From Octopus bimaculoides (taxonomy: Eukaryota), in assembly GCF_001194135.2 (NCBI RefSeq), contig NC_068986.1, forward strand, positions 61,723,597 to 61,768,471: 44,875 nt of DNA, given 5' to 3'. The stretch's first letter is position 1; each line of letters starts with the position of its first letter. The position numbers were made by a program, and so were the translations under genes. Under the pieces are notes generated by a model. That model saw only the letters and a list, made by a program, of their open reading frames with translations. It was not told the origin of the DNA and did not search any database. Positions 22,237 to 33,205 of the stretch are shown piece after piece.

Positions 22237-22840
22237 TATAACGATGATATTATCTTATTTATATGGTGATTATTCTCCCAAGTAGACTTTGTAATCAATG
22301 TCGGTTGGTCACCAATTTATAACATGTTCGAACTTGGAAAAGATAATAAATATAGATGTTTACTGAGTAGAAATCTACGGTGATAAACCTGTCACTTATA
22401 ACTTAATTAAATCTTAACTCAGGCTGTGTAAACGCCGTGATGAATTATACACCAAGACGCTTAATGTGCATGTATGTTGAAGATAAATAAGTTCACTCTT
22501 TTTCACCACTATAATAACAGTTTCATAGTTACAGAAATAAATTTCATTAACAGGTTGAAGAAAATGAAGAAAAAGAAATTATTTACTAAATTGTAGAGAG
22601 TTACGACATAAAAATTTATATTAACCAATTCTTCCATACTAAGTTACTAGAGTTTTACACAACAATTCAAAAAAGCCTTGATGAATTAAGTAATAGACAT
22701 GGCATAACAATAGTCAATATCTCAAGAGAGTGGGCAGTAATTTTAACCAATGGGAAATTAACAATTATGCCTATTCAGGCAACATGACCATTGCATCATA
22801 TTACTGCTGATAAAAGTTTATTATGACTTGCATCACTACA
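22237..22840 (-). repeat. 5' LTR of the Gypsy element (604 bp)
   Basis: Direct repeat of 16473-16926. Ends ...ACTACA at 22840 just before the TSD; the other terminus reads TATAAC in both LTRs. Confidence 0.9.
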
Positions 22841-24535
22841 GCAGATACTGATGTCAAACAAACTGGCACCCATGCCAGTGGCACATAAAAGAACCCATTA
22901 CACTCTCAGAGTGGTTAACATTAAGAAGGGCATCCAGTTGTAGAAACCATGCCAAATCAAACTGGAGTCTGGTGCAGCTTATCAGCCATGGTTAAACTGT
23001 CCAACCCATGTCAGCATGGACAACAAACATTGAATGATGATGTATATATCTTTCATTGATATACACATAACACTTATGCACAGATTTCCACAGTTTTTGT
23101 CTACCAAATTTCAGTAACAAACCATTGGTCAACCCATAGCTTTGATAGAAGATATTTGCCCAAAGTACCACACATGTGATGTAAAGTGAATTTCTTAATT
23201 ATGCAGTTATGCTATAAAACTAATCATCAGTCCTTAAAAGGATCGTGATATGAAACAAATTTGTGAACAGATAAATTTAAGTCCAAACTGTACTGGGAAA
23301 ACTTCTTTAACGGGAAAATCTGAGCTGCCCAAATCAGTCATCAACAAAGTCCCCTATCTATATTGTGTCAATGATACAAAAACTCTAAAATCTCATACAT
23401 TTGTCCATCATGAGTAGATACTGCAATATATTATGATCTCTTGCATATATACAATGTTAGACATGTCTAAGAAAGGGGTATTGTTAATTCAATGAAGTTA
23501 CATGACTAATACTTTATTGACCTCAGAGGGATCAATGGCAAGGTCAGTCTTGACAACACTTGAACTTGAAATTTATAAGAATATAAATACTATTAGGCAT
23601 TTTGTCCAGTGCTCTACCTGTAATGATAGTTTAGATTGAAAATCAAATGCTTTGAAGCTGGTGTTTTTGAGGAGCTGTCATTTTATTTTTTAGAGCTTTG
23701 AAAAATAGGCCAAGACTCTTAGTCTACAATGCATTATGCCTCTGTAAAAGGCAAACAACATACAGGAAATACATGATACAAGATGCATTTCAAATCAGTT
23801 TCAAATGGTTTTCTTATTTTCAATATTTTAAACCCTTCGCTGCCACAGCAATGTTTTAATAAGGCATCTTACACTACCACTGGACCAACAGTTTTGCAGT
23901 GGACATTATCAAAAATTATATAAATGGAACTAACATTTTAACAGTAACAACTATACCTATGAGTTAAATACATGTTTTTGGAAAGGGAGATATGAATTTC
24001 AGTGCTTTAAGAACATGCAAGGTTGAGCTGAAGGCCTTGAGTAGACAAATTCCATAAAAGAAAGAAAAGGTGTTACAACAACAGTAGAATTTCTGGGTAG
24101 AGTCCTCACTCGCACACTCACCTTATTTTCACATAACATCTGGTGATTTGGTGTATAACATTACACGCCAGTCATTAAAAATATTTTCCACTCAATATGC
24201 ATACATTATCACACCTTTATTGTCTGCAGTTTCAATGAAAAGATAAATTTGTTTTTAGTACTGCAATTCAGTGAAGGATTAGTGCCAATGCTATATTGAG
24301 TAGGTTGAATAACTATGCAAAAGTCTGGCTGGCTAAAGAAAAGATTCATTACCTGTACAGTTAGTTCCTACTTAAACTTCTTCCAACTTCCTCATATAAT
24401 ATTCTACATTATTTGTTGTATATGTTAATAATGAAAAATATGCTATGTATATAAATGGTATACTTAATTCCAAACTATGTGCTTTATATGCAAGCAACAA
24501 TTCTTGTAAAACAGTTCTTTCATATATATTTTCAG

Positions 24536-24629
24536 TATTCAAATGTTCATGCCACAACTCCTGAAATATATCGACTTTCTGAAGATAAAGACTTACAAGA
24601 TGAGTGTGTTAGATATGTAAGAACTCAGG
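24536..24629 (+). CDS. NPRL2: NPRL2 coding exon (human exon 8 equivalent)
   Basis: attttcag acceptor, G|gtaagc donor. 94 nt: YSNVHATTPEIYRLSEDKDLQDECVRYVRTQ(G), versus human [32 protein letters not shown]. Confidence 0.95.
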
Positions 24630-24980
24630 GTAAGCAACTATAAAACTATATTTAAGAAAAAGAGAAATTTTACCTGAAGAATTAGTATTTCAAAACTTAT
24701 ATTTTGCAATTCTTCAATGATTTTATTAATGTCAGTTATATATGTTATTTCTCACTCTTTGTGGTTATTGAGGGCTTTGTGTAATTGTCAGAGATCTGTT
24801 AGCTCACAGTGCTGAAATCCTCTTATGTGCAATAGATAGCACCATATCTGTGAGGAAGTGTCTCTCACCTGTTTGATGTCTTAGAAGCTGAAATACAAAC
24901 TCAAAAACACTAAAACATCTTATAAAAGTATAAAATGAAGAAAAAAATATTTAAAAATTACTAGGAGTAATTTTAAAGTA

Positions 24981-25369
24981 GGAGTGGCTGTGTGGTAAGT
25001 AGCTTACTTACGAACCACATGGTTAGGCAAGTGTCTTCTACTATAGCCTCGGGCCGACCAAAGCTTTGTGAGTAGATTTGGTAGACCGAAACTGAAAGAA
25101 GCCCATCGTATATGTGTATATATATACATATATATATATATATATGTATGTGTGTGTATATGTTTGTGTGTCTGTGTTTGTCCCCCCAACATCGCTTGAC
25201 AACCGATGCTGGTGTGTTTACGTCCCTGTAACTTAGTGGTTCGGCAAAAGGAACCGATAGAATAAGTACTAGGCTTACAAAGAATAAGTCCTGGGGTCGA
25301 TTTGCTTGACTAAAGGCGGTGCTCCAGCATGGCCACAGTCACATGACTGAAACAAGTAAAAGAGAGAGA
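24981..25369 (+). mobile_element. Composite tRNA/CORE-like SINE with a (TA)/(TG)n-linked second module, in NPRL2 intron 8
   Basis: ggagtggctgtgtggtaag head, ggcaagtgtcttctactatagcc CORE-like segment (the B-box region is deleted), a microsatellite, then a module ending gactgaaacaagtaaaagag. Confidence 0.75.
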
Positions 25370-25445
25370 TATAAAAAAAATGTTTTTAAAATTACACTAT
25401 ATTATAAATTTTTATTAAGTTGTGGATATTTTTCTCTATATCTAG

Positions 25446-25563
25446 GGCATTCTTTACCAGAATTCAAAGATATTTTCCATTTACTTTGTGAAATGAATCC
25501 TGGCACAACTGTACGTGATATCTGTTGCCAATTTAATCCCAGGGCTTTGAGGATTGATGAACG
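25446..25563 (+). CDS. NPRL2: NPRL2 coding exon (human exon 9 equivalent)
   Basis: tttctctatatctag acceptor, CG|gtaaat donor. 118 nt: (G)HSLPEFKDIFHLLCEMNPGTTVRDICCQFNPRALRIDE(R), versus human [26 protein letters not shown]...VDER. Confidence 0.95.
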
Positions 25564-25630
25564 GTAAATCTTTTACACTAATTAATAAATTTATCATTCA
25601 ACTGCATGCAATATATTAAATTTAAAAGTA

Positions 25631-27840
25631 CAGGTACACCTCCTTTAATCCAGATGAGGGGAACTTGAAATTTCTGTGGCTGCCAGTCATCACAGCATGA
25701 CCACAAGTTGTGATGTGTGTTCCATCTGTTTACATGCGTTATTTACATTGCACTTGGTGGCAACACCAAAATTTCAAGAGATCCTCTGCTAGCTTAAAGT
25801 TACCCTTAGCTATGGTTACAACAAAAAGGAGAGTATCAATGGTAGTGTGAAGATTAAGTAGAAGATTAAGTAGAACTGTTCATAAAAGCGGACTATGCTG
25901 TTTCAGTACATAAGCTGTGTTAAATCTATGGCATTGGTTCATTTACTGTTTGTGAGATTAAGAAGCAAAGAAACAAAATATCGACTAGTCATGTAGCATG
26001 ATAATGGCTAAGTTGTTTCATAAAGAATTCAAGTTCGAACATGAATGTGTTTACAGTGAAGGATGGTTTCAATGATTCTTGAAGTGTCATGGAATTTCCA
26101 TTGAACAAGTTGTGTGGAGATAGACAATCTGTAAACCATGAAGCAACCGCAAAGTACGTTGATGAATTTTCAAAACTCATACATGGCAATGAAACATGGG
26201 CCATGACTGCTGAGAACATGCACAGGCTTGAAAGAAACAAAGTTAGTATGATCTGCTAGATGTGTAATGTCAGTGTGCATATACGACTGAGTTAAGCGCC
26301 CTGAGAGAAAAGTTGGACATAAGGAGCATCAGATATGGTGTGCAAGTGAGATAACTGCTCTGGTATGGTCATGTGTTACATATAGATGAGGACAGCTGTG
26401 TGAAGAAGTGTCACACCCTGACAGTGGAAGGAACCTGTGGAAGAGGTAGACCCAAGAAGACATGGATTGGGCCTCAAAGGAGCAATAAGAGGCCGAAACC
26501 TTTGGAGATATACTGTGATTGAGAGGACCTGGCAAGTAAAGTGAGATCGCAGTCGTGGCCGATACCATGTTGCATAACTGGCCCATTCAAAAGTACCCTT
26601 AAAGCGTTGGGTTATCACCCAACGCTTCAGAAGATGAGCTTCAGAAGACCTGTTGAGTCAAGTGAAATTGAAATCATAGTCGTGGCCAGTGCCACCTGAC
26701 TGGCACCTGTGCTGGTGGCACGTAAAATGCACCAGTCGAGCATGGGTTGATGCTAGTGCTGCCTGACTGGCTCCTCGTGCTGGTGGAATGTAAAAAGCAC
26801 CATGTAAGATAGTCGATGCTAGTGCCCCCTGACTGGCTCCCATGCTGGTGGCACGTAAAAAGCACCATGCGAACATGGTTGATGCCAGTGCCCCCTGACT
26901 GGTTCCTGTGCTGGTGGTGTGTAAAAAGCACCCACTACACTCTTGGAATGGTTGACATTAGGAAGGGCATCCAGCTGTAGAAACCTTGCCAGATCAGAAT
27001 GGAGCCTGGTGCAGCCTACTGGCTTGCCAGTCCTCAGTCAAACCATCCAATCCATGCTAGCATGGAAAGTGAACATTAAAGGATGATGATGATAATGATT
27101 ATCGTTGACAGAGATCTCAATCCTGCACAAATGTATAATGCAGACAAATCTGCTTTATATTGGCAATGCACACCTCAGAAACAGAAGATGAAGAAGAGGC
27201 TACAGGACACAAACACATCTAACAACAAAATTACCATCTTGGGATGCTGCAATACAGCTGCTAGGCACAGATGTAAGCCATTGGTAATGGGAAAATCTAA
27301 ATGCCCCAAAACCTAGAAAGGCGTTACAGTTTACCCAATAACATACCATGCAAATAGAAATGCCTGGTTACTACTGATATTATGTTAGAATGGTTTGAAG
27401 AAATTTTTGAACCAGAAGCCATAACACATTGCACATCTGTAGGCTGCCAGTAGATTGCAAAATTCTTATTTTGGACAACTGTATAGCATATAGCAAAGCT
27501 GAATTTATGTGTAAGAAAAATGTTTCCACAGTGTATTTATCATTCACCTGCTCATCCAAACCCAGGACCAAAGAATATAAAACAATAAATTAAACAGTAA
27601 ATTGATTTTAACATTGATTTGTTTCTTACTGATGGACTACTAAGAACCTTATACGTGCATGCACGCACACGCACACACACACACACACACACACAGTTAT
27701 GGGGAAATACTGTCCAGTGTTGTATATAGCCAAACCACAGTATTTTGTGAATTCCTAGTACTGATATCAAGTCTTCAAAGGTTCCAAACTACTTCTGACT
27801 ATGTTACTTTAAACTACAATATTAATAGCAGGTCTTCTGT
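25631..27840 (+). mobile_element. Tigger/pogo-like DNA transposon remnant, interrupted by an RTE fragment
   Basis: TA|CAGGTACACCTCC left terminus. HTH-psq-like YGIGSFTVCEIKKQRNK and CENP-B-like YSEGWFQ-FLKCHGI at 25900-26200. DDE_1-like LNPAQMYNADKSALYW, KITILGCCN and YHANRNAWLT at 27100-27480. The right boundary is uncertain. Confidence 0.75.
26208..27097 (+). mobile_element. RTE-like LINE 3' fragment with four ~66-bp tandem tail units and a (GAT)n tail
   Basis: Begins HGNETWAM, includes LWYGHVL-like RT C-terminal sequence, has units at 26685/26752/26818/26884, and ends gatgatgatgataatgat. Confidence 0.75.
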
Positions 27841-27879
27841 GGTGATATAATGACTTTTGTTACAAACATAATTCTTATC

Positions 27880-30800
27880 AACATCATCATCAGTTAATGC
27901 TCATTTTCTATGCTGGCATGGGTTGGATGGTTTGACAGGATCCAGTGAGCTCTAAGACTACATTGTGCCCTATTGTGAGCTTTGGCATGGCTTTTATGCC
28001 TGGATGACCTTCCTAATGCCAACCATTTTACAGTGTGTACTGGGTGCCTTTTTCATGCATCCAGCACTAGTGTGGTAGCCTAGTAACTTGTAAAACAAGA
28101 AAAGAAAAAGACCCCTAGGCTAAGTAGGAAGAGTATTCGAGAGAAAGGTGAGGTGGGTTTATGCTAGATTTTGTGGGGTTAAAGTATAGTTAAGGGACAA
28201 GCACATGTGTCTTGCTATAGTGAAGACACCCTGAGAAGATAAAATGATAGTGATGGGATGCCAGAGAAAACCCTCAATAAACAAGAGAGGGGTGGGGAGA
28301 GTTAGAGATGGGAGTAGAGATAAATGTAGTTGGTAACAAACAGGGATAGAGGCACAGCTTGATGGAAAGTATCAGTATTGGATAGTGGGGAGGTTGTGAG
28401 GGATAGAAGTGTAGTGAAGTCAATTTTGAGAGTTTTCAGCACACATGCATTGGTTGGAATCTTCTGGAAGGCCTACAGAAGTTCCCTCAAGAGCATGCGC
28501 TTGGGACTTGCGGAAAAATTTCATCGCGTTTCTCGCTAGCGTTTTTGACTTGAGATGCAGCCACTGAACCATGCAGACGTGTCCTTAGCAGCTCTCAATT
28601 TTGGCCTACGCTCCTGTCCTGGATGTTCGGTAATTGACCAGCTCTGATTTTGATGGAGTTCTGTGAAGAATACCTTCAAAATTATTATTAACTCCAACTT
28701 TGCTGTTTCTATACCTGACCTGACCACTGAGTGTTCCGAGGTGTTATATTGTCTTCATAAAGAATGATTAACTTTAACTTTGCTGTATCTACATCAGACC
28801 TGGCGACTTATTATCCCGAGATGTACCTTTTTGTACATACAGAATAAAATATTGTTTTATATTCAGATGCTTCCTTGTTCTGCTAATTTCCTCAAACATT
28901 GATGTAAGAAAATTGTGTAGCACCCACTCAGTGCAAAATACACAAACATAAATTCCTACAGAAGTGACTCATGGGTGATAGCTCAAGAAGTAGGAATGAT
29001 GAGCAAGGTATAAGGGCATCTACTTAATGCACTTAGCACATCTTTAAGCAGCTCTCCTCATCTGTGTGCATGACATGACCAAACCTGTGCAGTCTTCTCT
29101 TTTGCATATTACATTTGATTCCTCTTATGCCCAATGTTTTCCTCAATATATTAGCACTTTGTCACACATACACATGATATTGCACATCCAATAGAGCATA
29201 CTAGCTTCATTGTTCTCTACATTCAGTGCCCATATCCATCTACAATGTAGCATTGGTGTTTGTGCACAGGCATCATACAATCTGTATTTAACTCAGAGAG
29301 AGGGAGAAAACTCTTGTTGCCAACAGAAGTAATAGCTCTCTAAATTTCTCCATCCTATTCTTATTTTAGCAACTATACTTTCAGAACATCCTCCTCCACT
29401 GCTAATTAGGTCACCTAGATAGCAGAAGCTATCTACTACCACCAGGGAACCTCCTGGACACTTTGTTTCTCATGAATCCTTAGTGTTCATTGCTCTCACA
29501 CATCTTCCACATATAAACATTATTTTCTCCATTAGTCTTCCTGTGATTCCATCTTCTGCATCTATATCTTGCACCAAATACACTGTATGAAATTCATACC
29601 TACAAATTGAGCAGGGCCAGTTTTCTGAAGGGAGTGGAGTCCTGTCTATTTTCTTGTTTGCTAGAATTTTGGTCTTTGCTAAGTTAACTTTAAGGCCCTT
29701 TAATTCCAGGTTTTGCTTTCACATTTGGAATTTCTTTTCTAATTCTATTACAGTTTTTGCAATGAGGATAAGATCATCAGCATATAGTAGTAGTTCCCAG
29801 GGGCAACCAGTCTTAATTTCCTCTGTTATGACCTGGAGGACAATGATGAAAAAGACAGTACTGAGAATTTAGCCCTAGTGAACTCTTACCTGTGCTCTAA
29901 ATTACCTGTGAACTCTTACCTGTGCTCTAACTCTCACCTTACTGGCAGCACCTCTGCAGATGGCTTGTATGGCTTTCACAAGTCACTTGTCTCTGCAAAG
30001 CCCATCAGGTCACAGAGACTCTGTTAAAAGTTTTTCCTGGTCAACAAATGCAAAGTACAATGGTTTGCTCTTAGCTAAATACTTCTGCAGTTGTCTGACT
30101 AAAAAGATGGTATGGTATCAGTTGTACTTTTTCTTGGCACAAAACCAAACTGCATCTCATCTACTCTATTTCTGTACCTAATTAATTAAGTTACAACTCT
30201 CTCCATAACTTTCATGATCTAGTCCAGCAATTTGATACCTCTAATTACTTCTACCCAAGGTATCTCCTTTACCCTTGTAACAGCTGACTATAATACTACT
30301 GCACCAGTATTTGGTATGACACCTTCTTGTATAACCGTAATAACTATGCGGATGATGAGGCCATATGCTATTCTGCCAGTAATTCCTGAAGGACCAGGGG
30401 CCATCTGTATCTCCATATCCTTAATTGCCTTATCTATCATACTGCTGTCAATGTGGGATCAACATTGGAAAGATTCTCTTTCTCTTATGCATTTTCCACA
30501 CATGCTTCATTCTTTTCAGAGTCAGTAAGTGCAAGTATGCCTTTATCCATTCATATACACTTCTCTCTGACATCTTGATTCTTACTTATACATTGTCTTG
30601 CAATCTGAAACATCTCATATCTCTGATCATCACACTGTAAGATACTAGCAAACCTCCTCCTTTTTGCTTCTACCTTTGCTAAGTAAATTGTTGCCTAGCT
30701 TTCCTTCAAGCTCTATTTTACCACTCTTTCCAAGCCCATCTTTTCATTTTAAGGCTCTGTATGCCTCACTGTTCAACCACCATGTCATACTTGGCCTACT

Positions 30801-31790
30801 AGAAACTTTGCTACAGGTATAGATTTGGTCTGTTTCTTTCAGTAGATTGTGCTCTAAGAATTTCCAGTTGTCCTTGATGTTATACATCTCTGTCTCCTCT
30901 TCCTTCTCATCAAATGCTTCAGTTAGAACATCTCTAAATTTCTGACTGTTCAAAGCATCCTTAAGCTTCCATGTCCTCCTTTTCTATTTTGATTTGCATT
31001 TCTGAACCCTTCTAGCAATAAATATGACACCACTAACTACTAACCTATGTTGTGATGTACATTCTTCATGAGGAAAAGACTTCACATTCATAAGTGTCTG
31101 CCTATCTCTGTTTTTGGAGAGAATGTAGTCAATCTGACTTGAGTGTCAATCAGATTGGAAAGTGATTAGGTCCCTTGTTGGTTTCCTGAAGTTTTTGTTG
31201 CAAATCAGCAAGACACAGAACTCCAGCAGCCTTGTTCCCTCCCCATTTCTAGCATCAAGGCCATAACCCGCTGTGCATGCCATGAAATCCATTTAAGTGC
31301 TGCTCAACATCTCCTTTGAAGTTGCCAGCCACAGTAATAAGATCATTGTCTTTCATCATCAAGATAATCTGCAAAAGGGGTTCATAGAAATGGTTGTCCT
31401 GTTCATCTGCCTGCCCAGGGTGTAGAGCATATGCAGAGATGACACTTTTACATTATCAAAGAGGAATGTTAGTTTAACAATCATATCCACACAGCTTGAC
31501 CACCTCAATCACTTATACTTATATTGCATTGCCCCCTCCACCACTACTGCCCACCCAGAAGAATTTGTAATGATGTTCCTTGTCCATAAGCTGTCTAGCT
31601 CCTTTCCATCATAACTCTTGCACACATCTACAAGCCTCTGCTCTAATATTTCAACAATCTCACCAGCCCTACCTTTCATTGTGCCAACATTGATCATGGC
31701 AGCTTTAAGTTTGTAGACTTGGGAAGAGTGAAATTGTAGTTTGGGGACTGTTTTCAGCATCTGGAAAAAAGATTTTTTGCAGGCACTTAC
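27880..31790 (-). mobile_element. Near-full-length, decayed RTE-like LINE (AP endonuclease, RT and tail) in NPRL2 intron 9
   Basis: INVGTMKGRAGEIVEIL endonuclease start (31509-31760), RT motifs at ~29650-30200, YLGDLISSGGGCSES-like segment at ~29350-29450, catcatcatca tail at ~27885. Interrupted by a solo LTR. Confidence 0.8.
28410..28960 (+). mobile_element. Solo LTR (551 bp) with perfect TSD GAAG
   Basis: TGTAGTG...CCTACA termini, GAAG at 28406-28409 and 28961-28964, AATAAA at 28843-28848. Homologous to 18421-18867. Confidence 0.9.
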
Positions 31791-32100
31791 CTGATGGCAG
31801 AGGGTCCTAGTACATGTCAGTGAAACAGGTATTTGCTACTTCATGAGTTACAATTTCCTTCAGTCCTACACAACCTTCATGGATAAGCATCTGCAAGCAG
31901 AGGCAGTGGGAGCTGACAGAGATGAGGAAGGGGAATTCTTTTTAATCATTAAGCAGCCTCTGGTAACATCCATAGAAAACTCTGCTCCAGCATACTCTCA
32001 TGTGACTCATGCAAGCATGGAAAAGCAGTCACTAAAATGATGATGATGATGTTTTGTCTTGTATCTGTTTGTTTTTTATTTCATTACTTTCATTTTCAAG

Positions 32101-32255
32101 GAAATTGATTCAATTTGGATTAATCAAAGGTTTAATCCGTCGAATCCATCGATATCCAGTAAAGATCCACAATATCAACATCCAGCCCCGACTACAGACA
32201 TTGTACCACTATTTTAATGGACTCCACAGCTATGATGAAATATGTGGCCGAATGG
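32101..32255 (+). CDS. NPRL2: NPRL2 coding exon (human exon 10 equivalent)
   Basis: ctttcattttcaag acceptor, G|gtaaga donor. 155 nt: (R)KLIQFGLIKGLIRRIHRYPVKIHNINIQPRLQTLYHYFNGLHSYDEICGRM(G), versus human [20 protein letters not shown]...YTGCHSYDEICCKTG. Confidence 0.96.
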
Positions 32256-32808
32256 GTAAGAAAAATTGCTTTTGGTTTGTCTCTTTCTTTCTTTCTTTCT
32301 TTCTTTCCCTTATACACACTCCAAAATAGTAGAACATCAAAAGTTTTATAACATCTCTAGGTGCTCTGCATGAGCATTGAAAACAAAAGAGTGGTTTAGC
32401 ATTTTCACTGTCATCTTGAGTGCTGAGACTTCAGTTGTTACAATTTCTAAATCTTTTTAACGATGTTTATTTTACATTTTTCCCCCAATTCCATCATTTT
32501 CAAAGCTCCCTCTAATACCCATTTTCCCTGTCATATATCTAATTTGTAATATTGTAATTAGTCTTTAGAATTTTTAGAAATTTACTCTTCTTTTATTGAT
32601 GATTATTTGATTGCATAATTAATTTGACAATCTTGTAATACTTCCCTCACAAGTACTGTTGAAAGTATAACGAGACTCTAGGCAAGGATTGTTGCCGCAG
32701 AACATCCAGTCCAATGCAAACTGAGAAATACTGCATTATAAACATGATACAATGTTTATAAAGTGTTCATACCTAAATCAGAGAATATATTCCTTCATTA
32801 TGATGAGG

Positions 32809-32864
32809 CTGAGGCAAGAGTAAGGGAGATTCAAAATTTTGAATCTCCCTTACTCTTGCCTCAG
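32809..32864. repeat. Perfect 56-bp palindrome with no spacer, in the last NPRL2 intron
   Basis: CTGAGGCAAGAGTAAGGGAGATTCAAAA followed immediately by TTTTGAATCTCCCTTACTCTTGCCTCAG, checked base by base. Confidence 0.97.
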
Positions 32865-33137
32865 ACTTAGTAGAGGAGATGACAAGCAACAAATGTTGTT
32901 GATGACAAGAATAAATATTATTAGCATGCTTGACTAATCATCACTTACTGTTACCTTCTTGTGCATTCTCAATTGAAATTTTACTAAGGTTGACTTTAAC
33001 TTTGACTCCTTTTAATTTCATAAAATGAGTACCACCCTTTCCCTACAAATGTGTGGCCTTGTGTCAAAACAAGAAATCATTAATAATATTTGACTATACC
33101 AAGTTTATCTAGGATCTTTTCTTTTCCTTCTTCACAG

Positions 33138-33205
33138 GTATGAGTTACAATGAACTTGATGAACTTATTGAAAGTGATTCCAGTGTTGTAGTATATTTCA
33201 AATGA
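33138..33205 (+). CDS. NPRL2: NPRL2 terminal coding exon with TGA stop (human exon 11 equivalent)
   Basis: cttttccttcttcacag acceptor. 68 nt: (G)MSYNELDELIESDSSVVVYFK*, versus human [22 protein letters not shown]. Confidence 0.95.

Larger units (their letters stand above)
16473..22840 (-). mobile_element. Gypsy LTR retrotransposon, CsRn1-like clade; two LTRs, gag-PR-RT-RH-IN, decayed
   Basis: TSD GCAG at 16469-16472 and 22841-22844. 5' LTR 22237-22840; 3' LTR begins at 16473 and runs into the gap. PBS TGGTGATCCC at 22223-22232. gag from ATG 21932 ends with CWYHSKFGDKSYRCIKPC. Protease LVDTGA at ~21125, RT 20212-20751 (YTDN in place of YxDD), RNase H 19244-19870, integrase HHCC and core 17630-19136. 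Confidence 0.95.

Noticed and set aside
26685-26931. CRISPR-like array of regularly spaced repeats (also 16150-16420)
   Set aside because: Eukaryotic context, no unique spacers (whole units are homologous), no cas genes; these are RTE tail repeats.
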